A DNA stretch of 64,000 nt from Eledone cirrhosa (taxonomy: Eukaryota). Position numbers and translations under genes: made by a program. The notes beneath the pieces are model-generated. The model worked only from the letters and a program-made list of their open reading frames with translations. It was not told the DNA's origin and did no database searches. Within the stretch, counting starts at the first letter, position 1. Every line of letters begins with the position of its first letter. Below are positions 13,541 to 26,299 of the stretch, in pieces. The stretch covers positions 16,802,001-16,866,000 of the forward strand of contig OZ024751.1 of NCBI GenBank assembly GCA_964016885.1, read 5' to 3'.

Positions 13541-13930
13541 TCGCTCTACATGTCTGAATACAATAAATGTAATCTGAGTTTTTCGAATATTATTAATAAT
13601 GTTCGATTCATTTGCAATTATGCAAACAAGCCTCATTTTTATAGCCGTGTCAGTAGAATGAGCCCCTCATTCTTGCTCTTGTGTTGGCATGTAAACAGAA
13701 CTGCAGACACTGTTTCTGGGTATTAACCTTCATAACCCTTCACTGTTCACCTGCCAGAGATAGTGAAAATATATATTTTCTAAACTATACAGTGACTGAT
13801 CAGTCAGATCTGCATATTAGCAGATCCACTGCTTGGCCAGAATTGCCAGTCAGTTTCCTATATGCGAGCCGATCAGTCACTGTATACTTTAGAAATTATC
13901 ATATAATTTCTCTAGCTCTGGCAGGTACAT
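13541..13930 (-). mobile_element. Non-coding PLE terminal-repeat element, reverse complement of 25052-25385, with internal inversion
   Basis: Collinear reverse-complement similarity to 25052-25385; truncated hammerhead (..ATGA aggttaataccca GAAAC agt GTC tgcagtt); inverted repeat 13750-13801/13871-13925. Confidence 0.75.
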
Positions 13931-14100
13931 AGAAATCGAGTAAAAAAAAATGTAATAACAAATAAAATTATAACAAAAAGGTCCTCAATAGGGAGGGATC
14001 GTTTTGGAGTCACACACACACCCGAAAAAAAATGTGCGACCCTTCTCCACGGGAGCACAAAGAGAGGGTGCTCCCTTCTTCCTTCATCCTTCCCCCCCCC

Positions 14101-16405
14101 CTACAGGCTGAGGTAGAGAGAGGTCCCATTCACACGGGCCATTCTCGCAACTTTCACCCACCTTTCATAAAACTGGCTGGGGTGGAGCACCTCTCTCTCC
14201 ATCCTGATCCTTCTTCCGAAATGGTATCGGAAGAAAAGGACTAGTTGTTGACCGGAAAGAAAGGTGTCCGACTTCAGCCCTTTTAGACACGTCCACCATA
14301 CAACCTCTTTTACCATGGCTATTACACAGAGGAAGACCGCCTCTCCTTCATTTTTGAAGGGGGGAGGCGGCTTGATCGTTACAATGGACTCGGTGGTCAA
14401 CCTAATTGGTCCCACCCGTTACAGCAGTCGTTCGACATGGCCCCACAGATCGGCAACGCCTGGGAAGTGTACCAATGCGTGCGCGACGGTTTCCTCGTCA
14501 CGCACGCATCTGGGACAGATCTTTTTCGAGGGGTCCCTGCCCTGGCGCCCGTGTCTGTAGAGATTATCCCGAACGGGCAGAGCCCCTCGGTAGCACTGCC
14601 AGGCCAAGGACTTCTGGAAGTTGTCCATAGGTCCCGGGCCGAAAGTCCTACCGAATAGGCTGGCCAGTTCGTCCTCCTCCATGCCTAGGGCTTCTCCGAG
14701 GGCTTCGTCGCACCTGCTAACCACCAGCCCGCTATCGAATGACGAGGTGGAGTCTCTACCGATAGCCGGGTCCGCCTGCCAGAGAGCCGTGAGCGCCTGG
14801 GCACACTCGGTGTGCCAGTCACCCAGTTTTCTCGGTCTTTGCTTCACCCTGGACTGCAGCTCGGTGAGCGAGACGAGCCTCGGGAAGGCTCGCCTCACAA
14901 ACGGGGCACACACCGGTTGACCTATGAGGAATACCTGGAGGTGCCGTAGCCTCAATACGTGTTTACGCATTTTTAGCCATGGCATCCCCAGCCCTCCTTT
15001 CAAAGGGTGTTGACAGCAGATGGATCTCCTCACCAGAGGAGACCTCTTCTTCCAAAGGAATTGAAAGAGAGCGCGCTCCATTTTGGCGAGGATCTCACGC
15101 GGGCAAGGCACGACAGTCAAGCGGTAATAGATGACGGACGCTATGTAAGCGTTCGCCACCTCCACCCGATCGTTCAGGGATAGTTTGCACACGGCCCACT
15201 TCTGGGTCAGTACAAACACCCTATTCGTAACCTCACCTCAGCTTTTCTCCACCTGGATGTCCGGTCCGAACCAGACCCCAAGCAACTTCATCGGGCCCTC
15301 CGTCCACCGTCCGACGATACCATCGGACGGCATCGGTTTGCCCATCCACTCGCCGAGTTACAAAGCGACTGACTTGTCCCGGTTCAGCTTAGCTCCTGTC
15401 AACCGTTACGTACACCTCCAATAAGGTGTCGATTGCCCCGATTTCTGCGGTGGTCGACACCATTACTGATACGTCATCGGCGTAGGCCGACACCGCTTTG
15501 CGCAATCCCGGTCCCAAAGGGATGCCCTGCAACAACTCCAACTTCAGCAGTAGTGGCTCGAGAGCCAATACATACAGACGGGAGGAGAGAGGGCTTCCCT
15601 GTCGGATGGAGTGGGTGATTTCGAACGGCTCTGAGAGGTAGCCGTTTACCTGGACTCTAGAGCAGATGCGGCTGCTATGCATGGCAGTGATCCAGCCCTT
15701 GAAAACGGGTCCGAAACCAGCCGCCGCTAGCACTGCATCCAGGTAACTATGGTCCACCTCTAAATTGATCAGGGCCCCACCAAAGCCGGGTTCGATCCCA
15801 ACCCTCTCTATGATGTATCGCATGAGGTGGAGGTTGTCGTGGATGGACCTGGACAGGATAGTGCATGTCTGCGCATCTTCCACCAGGCTCCACACGACAA
15901 GCGCCAGCCTCTTCGCTAACACCTTGGCCAAAATCTTTAACTCTGCATTTAGCATAGTTATGGGCCTAAAATTACTGTCATCCCCCTTGTTCTCGTCCTT
16001 CCTCACCAGCGAGACTACGCCCTTGTTCACAGAACAGGGAATACTCCCGTTCTGTTGCCAGTTGCAGTAGACCGCCTCGAGGAGATCGGGGAACAAGTCC
16101 GGCATATTAATATATAGTTCGTAGGGCAGACAATCGAGGCCCGAAGATTTGCGTTTGCCGCATAGGCTTAGCACGTCCCCTATTTCAGCAGCTGAGATCG
16201 GCCTGTCACAGGACCTCGCCTCCTCGTCCGAAAGACGCGGCAGGCCGTCGAGGTATGGACCGAAATCCACATCCCCAACCGGGCCCCCGCCCCTACCGAA
16301 CAATCGGGCAAAGTGCCTTTGAAAGGCTTCGCACATTTGCTTAGGTTCAAGGATCACCCGTCTATCCTGGTCTCGCAAAGACCGGATAATGGATCTAATC
16401 CCACC
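14101..16405 (-). pseudogene. Tx1-like ORF2 remnant: RT, thumb and C-terminal CxxC..ET..H zinc motif
   Basis: SSGLDCLPYELY, NFRPITMLNAELKILAK, IRQGSPLS..LY.LALEP, SAYADD; GGLGMP; CPRCVRDEETVAHAL; several frameshifts. Confidence 0.92.
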
Positions 16406-17925
16406 TTTAGTGTGTGGGGGGTTGTGGTGTTTGGAATTGTGTGGGTGTTTGAGGAGGGGAGGGGAAAACGTTTCAGGAGGACGCGGTTGAGTGGCCTGGT
16501 GCAGGGTCCCCATGAGCTCAGGGTAAATGTTTTTCAATGTTTTAAAAATGTCAAGTGGGACCTTCACCATTTTCAGGTTAGGGAGTCCCGTTGCCATTGT
16601 AAAATTAGGCCCTTCGGTTTGTACCGATGGGTTATTGTTTATTTTGTCTACTAAGTTTTTATTGTTTATGTATGTGTAGAGTTTTTGTGTTGTTGTTTGT
16701 TTTTGTTTGTTGTTCTTGAGTGTGCTTGCGTTTTGTTGTATGTGTTGTGTTGTCAGGTGGGGTTATTTTTGTTTGTGTGGTGTGTGTACGTTTTTTTCTT
16801 TTGACTTTTTGGAAGGGAGCCCCGTCGTCTTCCGAGGATATGAGCTCCTCTTCCGTATTGGAGGGGAGGGGTATATTACCAGGTTGTGTTTGCACAGCGT
16901 GTGTTTTTGTATTTGTGTTCTGTGGGCAGGGGCTGGGTGAGACCGTGTTTTGTTTTTTTTTCTTAAGCTGTTGATGTTATTGTTGTGGTGGTGTTGGTGG
17001 TGTTATTGTTTGTGGTGTTTGTAATATGGTTTCTTTCTTATCAGTTGAGGGCATGCAGCCCTCAGGTGACCTCTGCTTGCGCAGTGGTAACACGCGGGTC
17101 GCCTACCCTCAACTGAAATATTTATGTAGGTCTCTCCATCTAAATGAATTCTCTGTGGGATCTTCGCTATCCTTTCTGGGCTCATCTGCACCAGCAGTTC
17201 TACGCTTGTCCCACTAAAGACCTCTCTGGGGGACTTTCCAACCGAGATTACAATGTCTTGGTCAAGGTCTAAAACGCCACAAAGTAGCTACCAAATGTCT
17301 ACTTTGGGTCTTATGCAATTGAATTTTATTTTTTGAGACCTTATTCCCATGTAAGACGGGAAAAAGGTGAAGTGGGTTGATACAATGGGCGCAATGGAAT
17401 GTTTTTGCGCCGTTTCTTGATCCTTCATAAGCACCGAGATGCTACCGAAGAGTTTTCCATTTTGAATGAACAAAATGTTTTCCATTTGGTTCCTTAAAAC
17501 CAGCTCTATCTCACTCTGAGACGGTTGTACTGGTTTTTTTGTAGCATTCTAGATTGTCCTGAACACCACCGTGCTCGTGGCAATTTCTCTTTTTATTTCT
17601 TCTGGGGATTTAATGCTGAATGAACCATCGGGTTCGAAAGTCACATACCTTTTTGCTTCTTCCAACTTTTGCTTTGCGTTGGTTAAATCCAAAGGTAGGA
17701 ACACTTGTGTTTTTGTTTTTGTACAGTTTCCGCAAAGGAAATTTTGTTGTCGTTGTCTTTCTTGTTATTGTTGTTGTTGTCGCTGTTCACTTTGGTGTTC
17801 GTATTGGTATCGATAATTTTTCCGTTGCTGGTATTATTTCTAATTTTTGTCTTTTCGGTTGTTGTTTGTTGTTCCTTATTAACGTTTTTCGTTAAAGGAG
17901 GGGGGGGGGGGAAGCTGGGCACTTT
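16406..17925 (-). pseudogene. Tx1-like ORF1 (gag-like) remnant with zinc knuckle
   Basis: ISFAETV motif; VEGRRPACYHCASRGHLRAACP (CX2CX4HX4C); K/T/Q-rich tail; stops and frameshifts. Confidence 0.8.
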
Positions 17926-18732
17926 GTGCTTTCATTTTTCCTCGAAGATTCCTCGAAGAAAATGTTGACATAATCGCAAGCTGGATTGACTCTTCCAGCG
18001 CGTCTCTCTCACCATCCTCCGGAGAAACGCCCTCTCTACTCTGTCCCCGCCCGGACCACGGGGCGGTCAGTACGTGGGTTTCCACTTGCTCTCATAATAG
18101 TGAGAGTTGGGAAGAGCGGGAGAGTCGGAGGCAGTGATAGTGGGAGATTGGTTCCCTTGTGTTGTGCCCTGGTGTATATGTATTTATTTATTTACTGCAC
18201 CTCACATGATTACAAATTATGTTCCACTATGATGGATTTACAACATTTCGGTAATTCGATTTAGAGTTCCTGGTGTCCTTGGTTCTAGGGCTACCTCCCT
18301 ACTCACCACCATAGGCGCTGAGCTGGCCAACCGCAGGTGTGAACTGCGCGAGTTGGAATGCTTCTCCATTGTGTCCGTCGTGGCTGTGGGGGGAGGCCAG
18401 CACGTGGAACCTCATTTTCTTACCGTACAGAGAAATTGTAAGGGTCGTGACAGTTGGGGTTCTGCTCTTCCACGTTCGGACCATATACTTGTGGTTGTGT
18501 TTATTATCTATAGAGTTCATTCTCCGGAATCACCGTTTATAACCACTCCTCCTTCACCGCCACCCCTCCCACACCGCTCTCCACGTTTTATATTCTTTTG
18601 TCATCTACTCCAATCTATTTCTTTTTCAAAATATATTTTCTATATTTCATTCATATTGTGTGCGTGTGTCGAGGTAAGTGTGGTCATTGTATGCGTATTT
18701 CTCAACAACTTTATACACTCACTGTCAATCAT

Positions 18733-18915
18733 TATGGCAGTATGGGTAGAGGGTCAGACGCCATGCTTTCTAGCATAGTTATGTCCCTTCATGATCTGAG
18801 TTCAAATCCCGCCGAGGTTAACTTTGCCTTTCATCCTTACGGGGTCGATAAAATAAAGTACCAGTAATGTACTGGGTAATTGCTGGCCTTGTGCCAAAAA
18901 GTAGAAACAATTATT
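18733..18915 (+). mobile_element. SINE family A
   Basis: tggcagtatgggtagagggtc..gagttcaaatcccgccgagg..gtagaaacaatt. Confidence 0.92.
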
Positions 18916-19281
18916 GCATTAATTAAAAACGTGGTGAAAATTATGAGCTGACTTCGTTGTAGTCACCTTTCCCCCATTTACGATTAAAACACCACACCCC
19001 ACAGATATCACTAGTTCTTTGAATAAGGGAGCAATGTATGAACGCAGCTTGCTTGATTTACAAGATTGTAGAGATGCTTACAAACGGATTTGGTGCAATT
19101 ATTTTCGTTTATATGAATGAATAAAAAGGAAAAGTGTGAATACGTCTGCTAGATATCACCGTTTATGAAAAAGAACTTAAACTAAACGTGTAATACAATT
19201 TAATGATATTTTGCAGGCATTATTGAACGCACCTAAAATTATTTCCGCGAGTTACTTACTGAAGTATAGTCATTATTTTAA

Positions 19282-19670
19282 TTGGCAGTATCGGTAGAGG
19301 GTCGGACGCCATGCTTTGACGCATAGAGTTACGGCCCTTGCCATTCTGAGTTCAAATCCCGCCGAGGTTAACTTTGCCTTTCATCCTTACGGGGTCGATA
19401 AAATAAAGTACCAGTAATACACTGGGAAATTGCTGGCCTTGTGCCAAAAGTAGAAACAATTATTTTATTAATATATATAAGGGCGGTAGATTGGCAGTAT
19501 CGGTAGAGGGTCGCATGCCATGCTTTCCAGCATAGTTACATCCCTTTACGATCTGAGTTCAAATCCCGCCGAGGTTGACTTTGCCTTTCATCCTTACGGG
19601 GTCGATAAAATAAAGTACCAGTAATGTACTGGGTAATTGCTGGCCTTGTGCTTAAAGTAGAAACAATTAT
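19282..19670 (+). mobile_element. Two tandem full-length SINE family A copies
   Basis: Both have A and B boxes, core and tail; the second is flanked by duplicated attttattaatatat. Confidence 0.92.
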
Positions 19671-20015
19671 TTTATTAATATATTTGTATTAATATATTGT
19701 TTCGATAGTTAACAAACAATGTTAAGAAAATTAGAGTTGTGGTATTATTTAGAATGTCTTAACTTATTTGATTTGTTAATGACCCAGAGGATGGGTTCTT
19801 AGCATGATAATATGTAACGTGTACAAAACCGGCACATATTACTATAATGGATACTGATTTAAATATTCACGCTTGTTCTCGGTGAGGGCATGATTGCAAG
19901 CAATTGTTATTTTTTTTTATATAATCCTAATACATTCCTGTCATAAAAATTGATATCTAATTTAGTCGCAAGACAAAGAAAATGTGTTGCAAGAGCAAAT
20001 TTGATTAAATAAACC

Positions 20016-20201
20016 CAGACCTGCCAACCTCTGAAAACCCAAACAGGGAGTAGCATGGAAAAAAGGGCCTCCAAAATGGGGAGAAATTGGGAGATTTTAC
20101 ATAATGAAAGCTATATTTATTTTCACAAGAGAAGACATCTATCACCCACCCCAAACTGGGTGGGAGATATCTCTGTCGGACGGGTAGAGTTGACAGGTTT
20201 G
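20016..20201. mobile_element. MITE with CAGACCTGCCAAC termini (possibly hAT-related)
   Basis: cagacctgccaac ... gttgacaggtttg; related partial copies at ~50223-50410 and ~51039-51145; TSD not resolved. Confidence 0.65.
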
Positions 20202-20944
20202 CAAACCCCAGTACTTGACTGGTACTATATTTTACCACGGCAAATTTGATATTGGTGTAATATGACCGCAGAATGTAAAGGGGCAGAATATATACCGTAA
20301 TGGAATTTTCTCAGACGCTCTACCAATCCTATCAATCACTTGTGATGAGTATTAAATATTCTAGGAGCTCGCTTTGAAACCTCGTGATGCTAGATTCAGA
20401 GCGAATGCTTTCTCGGGTTGAAGTGGACCAATATATAATTTGGTAGCTGAAAACAGCAGAAATCAGTCGAATATATGTATGTATATATATATATATATAT
20501 ATATATAGTTCAAGGATACAAGAGAGGTACACAAAGTCTTATTAGTTTTACGCTCTATATTGGAAAAGGGGAAAGAAAGTTCGACTTTTCGAGCTTAAGC
20601 CCTTCTTTGGGAGTACAAAATAGATACAGGATAAACATGGAGAAACAGAAAAAAGCTCCACTGAAGACATAAAAAAACAAAATCAAAAACAAAACAAAAA
20701 ACGAAAATGAGGATTGAAAACAAAAGAACAGTTAAGTAGTCTTGGTTACGAGATGGAACGCAATGTGGAGTGTCTGTATTAGTGTCGTTAAATGTGTAAG
20801 TGCATGTTTAAACGTATATGTTAAACCTAACGCACATTTCATTTTTGGGGGTAAAAAAATATCAATTTTAACTTATATAATGCCTCTCTCATGATTTCAT
20901 TGAGGTACTTACGTATTAGAGACAGTTAACTTTATAGAATGTTA

Positions 20945-21013
<69 letters not shown>

Positions 21014-22893
21014 CAGATACCACAAGATTTTCAACCGCCACACGGTGAAGGTTTCCTTCTCCGCCGCACCTAACATGGCCGACTACATGGCCAAAACCAA
21101 TACGGCGAACCTCGACGTCAACAGCGGCGGCCTAATGACCGTCAATCGGAGCCCGAAGGGCCCCTCGCAGACCGGTCTTCCAACTACAACCCGGCCCGTA
21201 GGCGGCCGCCACGCCTGCGCAAGACGATACAACCCAACGCCGGGCGGTAATGAGTGGCGGAGGTAAGACCACCGGGTCGGCAGAACAACACCCTGAGATT
21301 CGTGAGAGGGCCGTGGCAGATCAAGAGCCAGGAATCTGAAACGAACAATATATAACGATAGAACCTGCAACTGCAGAACGGGCACACAGTGCCCCCTGCA
21401 GGGAAGATGCCTGACGGAGGCCCTGGTATATAAATGTGTGGTTAGCACGCACAATATAAAGCGCACATCCACGACCTTTAAATCGCGGATGTATAACCAC
21501 ACAAACTCTTTCAAGGACCGGAGCAAGAGGCACTCTACTAGGCTGGCAGACCTGGTGTGGGACTTGAAAGACAAAGGCCTTAACTGGAGTATCGTTCGGC
21601 ACGCGAGTGAATATTCGGCTGGAAATAGAGAGTGCAGGCTCTGCCTATCCGAGGCCATGGAGATAGTCAGACTGAAGGATGATGCGGTCAACCTGAAATC
21701 GGAAATAATCATGACGTGCAGACACCAAAGAAGGTGTACACTCTCCGCATGGAATCCACCGGGCAGCACAAACTAAAAGCAGGCGTCGGAGCGCACGCCG
21801 ACCAGAGTGGTGAAACGGGTCAAGAGATAAGACACCATACCCTGTTGACTATATATGCCCCGTGTGGTAAGTCGAAGTAACCCAGGATGCCCACCCGACT
21901 CTGCACGTCACCCTATGCAAGAACATCGCCTGTGCCGGGACAGGTTGATCCGGATTCCACTGATATTCGGTCAAATGCCTTACACCAATAAGACACTATA
22001 CCTCAACCACAGTGACATACCCCAGTATGGCCGGTCCATGCACCCCACTGCAGGTGTATCTTTTCAATAGAGAGTGCATACCCTCTACGTATCTCTTTTT
22101 GTGACACCTGATGTATTTTCCGTATGCAGACCCACGTGTGTATCTCATACTTATCTTGTGTACTATCTCATATGCATACGCGTTCCTTCTGCTTTTTTAA
22201 ATATATATTCTGCACGCATTTTCTTTGTACAGTCTGCGCATGCTACGTACTGTAATACCATGAACGGGGGGGGGGTACTGTAATACCATGAGGGGGGGGG
22301 GGGGCTAAAAGGGGGGGGTCTACGTACATGTCTGTACGTGTGTGTGTACATACGCGTATGCATGTGTATGAGCATATGCGTGTTGATGTATATAGGCCTA
22401 TGATATGTGTCTATGTATGTACGTGCCTCTCTGGATGAATGTATGCGTATGTTTATATGTTCTCCTTAATGTGTGGGTATAGCGGGAGTCTATGCGTACG
22501 ACTGTCGGTATCTATGTGGTTGTCTGTGGTTGTGTGTGTGTGTGTGTGTGTGTGCGCGCACGTGGTCCACCAAACACAGCAGTAATTCATTTAATTGTAG
22601 CAGGCATGGGACAGCGGAATGATACATGTGGTCAGAATTTATGGTGACATAGACAACCAGCGGCCAATCACTGGACGCGTGAAGTGGATGAAGTTTTTGA
22701 CAGTACTAGCCCATGGGGTCAGATACTCCAGTGAGAGAATATGCTCCGAAATCATTAGACGTGTCCGTCGAACCTGCGGGTCCAGAATCAGACAGATCCT
22801 CACAATGATCGCGTCTCGAGCTGTCCGCCGGCAAAACAATTGTAACACACAATAAATTGAGTTCAGATGCATCACTGATTTTTCGTTTTATAC

Positions 22894-22895
<2 letters not shown>
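21014..22895 (+). mobile_element. 5'-truncated GC-rich Penelope-like element (linker and GIY-YIG), inserted in (TG)n(TA)n
   Basis: RYHKIFNRHTVKVSFS; CNCRTGTQCPLQGRC; LVYKC..FKSRMYNH..WDLK..WSI..CRLC..E..CRH, stop at 21776; YIG segment deleted; degenerate hammerhead 22761-22848; TA runs at both ends. Confidence 0.88.
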
Positions 22896-22924
<29 letters not shown>

Positions 22925-22926
<2 letters not shown>

Positions 22927-23040
22927 TGTTATACTTTTGGAGGGTCATGTTGCCAATAAAAGTATAACAATAACTGTTTCAACACACGTTTTCAGATAAG
23001 AAATCTTGCAAAATAAATTCAAAAGCGAAGTATATATATA
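22925..23040. repeat. Fold-back copy of a dispersed TA-associated repeat (also ~35000-35130 and ~63170-63295)
   Basis: Shared attgttatactt..ggagggtcat..ttgcca and tttcaacacacgttttcagataag; here attgttatactttt/aaaagtataacaat is inverted. Confidence 0.7.
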
Positions 23041-23042
23041 AA

Positions 23043-23116
23043 CAGGTTGTCCCCCCAAAATGTATACATGCCGTGATCAGAATGCTGTTGAAGTATGTAC
23101 ACATTTTTGGGACACC

Positions 23117-23119
<3 letters not shown>
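23043..23119. mobile_element. Tc1/mariner-type MITE (77 bp)
   Basis: caggttgtccccccaaaatgtataca ... tgtacacatttttgggacaccctg followed by TA; second copy at 33044-33141. Confidence 0.8.
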
Positions 23120-23156
<37 letters not shown>

Positions 23157-25051
23157 GTGTATATATATACGTGTATATACATGCAATGTGTGTTTAACTC
23201 TTTTGTTGTCTGTCTTGTAACAGCATCTTGATAGACCTGAAAGAAAAAAACCACTGCCATCGATATAATCGACTAAAGTAACGTAATACTTCAGTATGGT
23301 TGCAGCTAATGAAGAGGAATAGAGGAAAATATCCTACATTGAAAATCGATTTCAGGCACAAAAAAATCAAAAAAAAATCTATGGATTAGGTTTTATTAAT
23401 GTAAATATTTGAAATTACTTAAATTAACATTTCAAGAATGTCAACAGGGAATTCATGTTTCTTAGCTATGAATAGCTAATGTTTACATCTTGTTGATTTA
23501 CTGTTCATATCAAGTTGAGATCACCTCATATATTTCACAGGTGTATCACACATACTTTAGTTTGTGGCAAAGAAAAGTAATTCTATATTGGTTACCAGAA
23601 GACATATAAAATTAAAATAAATATGAACAATGTGACTGATATATTTCACATGAAATTCAATAATTCTTCTACGATAAACAGAAAGGAATAATGTTACTTT
23701 GCCTAGACTGACATATTGGTATTCTATCTATACTAAAAGGCCTATGACAGCTCGAAAGTAACATTTGCCATATTATCACTATATATAAAGACTACCATAA
23801 ATATAGGTTGTTAGACTAACTGTCATCATTTCAATATAACGTCAGATGGTATATAATCTTGACCAAGTGGAACGATAACCTTTTGTATTAAATGTAAAGT
23901 ACACTACATCAATTTTGTGATTTACAATTTGTACATCGATTTAGTAATATGTAATTTTGTGCATTTATTTATTTAATTAATCAATTTAAACAACCTCATA
24001 GAACTAGTAACCCATGATAGACAAGGAGAGTTATCTAGTATCGCTTACAATTAAGACAAAAAAAATGAGAGCGAGATAGAGAGAAAATAAGTTATGTAGA
24101 AGGTGGTGCCCCAGCATGGCCAGAGTCTGACTGAAACCAGTAAAAGAAAAAACAAGGCTAATGAAAGAAACATAAAAAAAATGAAAAGCTAGGACAACTA
24201 TAGAGCAGTTATATCTTTCAGCTATTGAATTGTAGACTCCATGTACTGGAAGATCTTATTTATGGTTCATAGATCCTCGATAATATATTGTATCTCTCCG
24301 AGGAATCGAACCTCCGATCTCAGTTCCAGCCCCATACATACATGCGTCACATGTAAAGCGTAAAGCAGTAGCATCGAATTATTTAACATGTCAGCCACAC
24401 TTATGACAAGCTATAATAAATAGCGTATTGCTATTTGGTGTGTAAAGCTTTTTTTTTTTCTTTTTTGCTTAGCAGGTTATGGGTTTATTATTGATAGCTT
24501 TAATAAATTCAGACCTCAGTAAACTACTGTACGTTTTAATGATATTCATTTCTACCCTATAAACAAATTAGATTAAAAAAAACAAAAACACAGGTAATGA
24601 ATTTACCAAGGCGCTTCTTCAAAATATGACGCAGTCTTTGTAGACTTGAAAAAGAACATATCATCATTTAATTAGCTAGGATACTTGCAAGTTAAGTGAA
24701 ATGAAATACGCTTAATAATATGTTGTGTTGACATTTTGAAGTAGACATGTCAAAATTCTTTTTTTCTACATAGAAAATATTTCTGAAAGGTATATGCGTC
24801 TTTATATATATATTGGTGAAAAAGTAATGTTGATGTATGTTAAGTTTAAAATAGACATGCTAGAAAATGTGATGTATCGAATACTTCTCCTGCAATATGG
24901 ATAAATGAGAAGACAAGTTGAGTTTTTATAATATATATTATAAATATATATGTGTGTGTACGCGTACATATATGTAAGATACATATATATGGATATATAT
25001 GATGTACGATTGAAATATACTGACTTCTTCATTAATCGCTCGTATACATGC

Positions 25052-25385
25052 AACTGACTGGCCTATCTGCTGATATGCAAATCTGACTAGTCAGTGGGTC
25101 TGCTAATATACAAATCAGGCTAAGTCACTGTATATTTCAGAAAAAATATTTTCACTAGCTCTGACAGTTGGCCGGTAAGCAGTAAACTGCGCTGATGAAG
25201 GGTAATCACTCAGAAACATTAGTGTCTGCAGTTTTGTTTGCATGCCAACATAAGATCGAGCATAAGGGGCTCATTCTACTAATATGGCTTATGAAAGAAG
25301 CTGTTTGCATAATTGCAAACGAATCGAATATTATCAATATTCGAAAAACTCAGATTACATTTATTGTATTCAGTCATGTAGAGCG
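25052..25385 (+). mobile_element. ORF-less hammerhead-containing dispersed element (solo pseudo-LTR/retrozyme-like)
   Basis: Second copy at 13541-13930 (minus); contains an intact hammerhead. Confidence 0.75.
25184..25234 (+). ncRNA. Type I hammerhead ribozyme, intact core, GUC site
   Basis: aaactgcg CTGATGA a gggt-aatc-actc a GAAA cattagt GTC tgcagttt; 8-bp stem I; predicted cleavage after 25226. Confidence 0.85.
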
Positions 25386-25394
25386 ATTCCTAGT

Positions 25395-25712
25395 TGTTAT
25401 ATGGGAAAAGAACCCCTTTGGTAACAAATACCATCGAAGTTGCATCTAGAAAGTAAAGTTCCCCTCCGATGCACAAGTCCGGGCAAGGCTGGTTGTTGAA
25501 GACCAGCTGTCACCCATGCATACCACCTTCCCTCCCCTCACCACCAATGTTGTCCAAGGGAAAAGAAGTGGCCGATACAGCTAGGCACCAGTGCCGCCGT
25601 AACTCATTTCTACAGCTGAGTAAACTGTAGCAACATGCAATAAAGTGTCTCGCTGAAGGACACAACGCATCACCCGGTCCGAGAATTGAACTCACAATAC
25701 TCTAACCACTAA
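25395..25712 (-). mobile_element. SINE family B
   Basis: Homologous to 6476-6812 (tgtccaagggaaa..ctcatttctacagctgagtaaact..gagaattgaactcaca). Confidence 0.8.
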
Positions 25713-25713
25713 G

Positions 25714-25759
<46 letters not shown>

Positions 25760-25814
25760 CTCTTTTATTTCTCCCTCTTTTTCCTGACTGATTTTCTATC
25801 CATATAATCCACTG

Positions 25815-26000
25815 GGCGATGGATAGGCAGTATTGGTAGAGGGTCGGACGCCATGCTGAGTTCAAATCCCGCCGAGTTTAACTTTGTTTTTCATCCTTAA
25901 GGGGTCGATAAAATAAAGTATCAGTGACATACTGGTTCGATTTAATCGACTTTCACCTCCCCCAAATTTACTGGCCTTGTGCCTATCTAAGAAACCATAT
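25815..26000 (+). mobile_element. SINE family A with internal deletion
   Basis: A box, B box, core and tail present. Confidence 0.85.
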
Positions 26001-26019
26001 AATCAACAATACATATATG

Positions 26020-26250
26020 CACACACATAGACACACACATAGACACACACGTAGACACACACAGACGCACACAGATGCACGCAGAGACGCACGCAGAGAC
26101 GCACGCAGACACACACGCAGACACACACGCAGACACACACGCAGACACGCACGCAGACACGCACGCAGACACGCACGCAGACACGCACGCAGACACGCAC
26201 GCAGACACGCACGCAGACAGAGAGAGAGAGACACAGAGAGACACACACAA
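26020..26250. repeat. 12-bp minisatellite (GCAGACACGCAC)n derived from (CA)n
   Basis: About 12 tandem units with variants. Confidence 0.9.
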
Positions 26251-26299
26251 TCTTGAACTCAATAGTAATAGACCATGTATGCATCACCTCAACTAATCC

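Larger units (their letters stand above)
13945..18150 (-). mobile_element. Tx1/L1-clade non-LTR retrotransposon, decayed, APE endonuclease absent
   Basis: ORF1 remnants with a CCHC knuckle, RT with YADD, C-terminal zinc motif; boundaries approximate. Confidence 0.9.

Noticed and set aside
19282-19365. tRNA gene suggested by A and B boxes (also at other SINE heads)
   Set aside because: No complete cloverleaf; continues into the SINE core and tail; many dispersed copies
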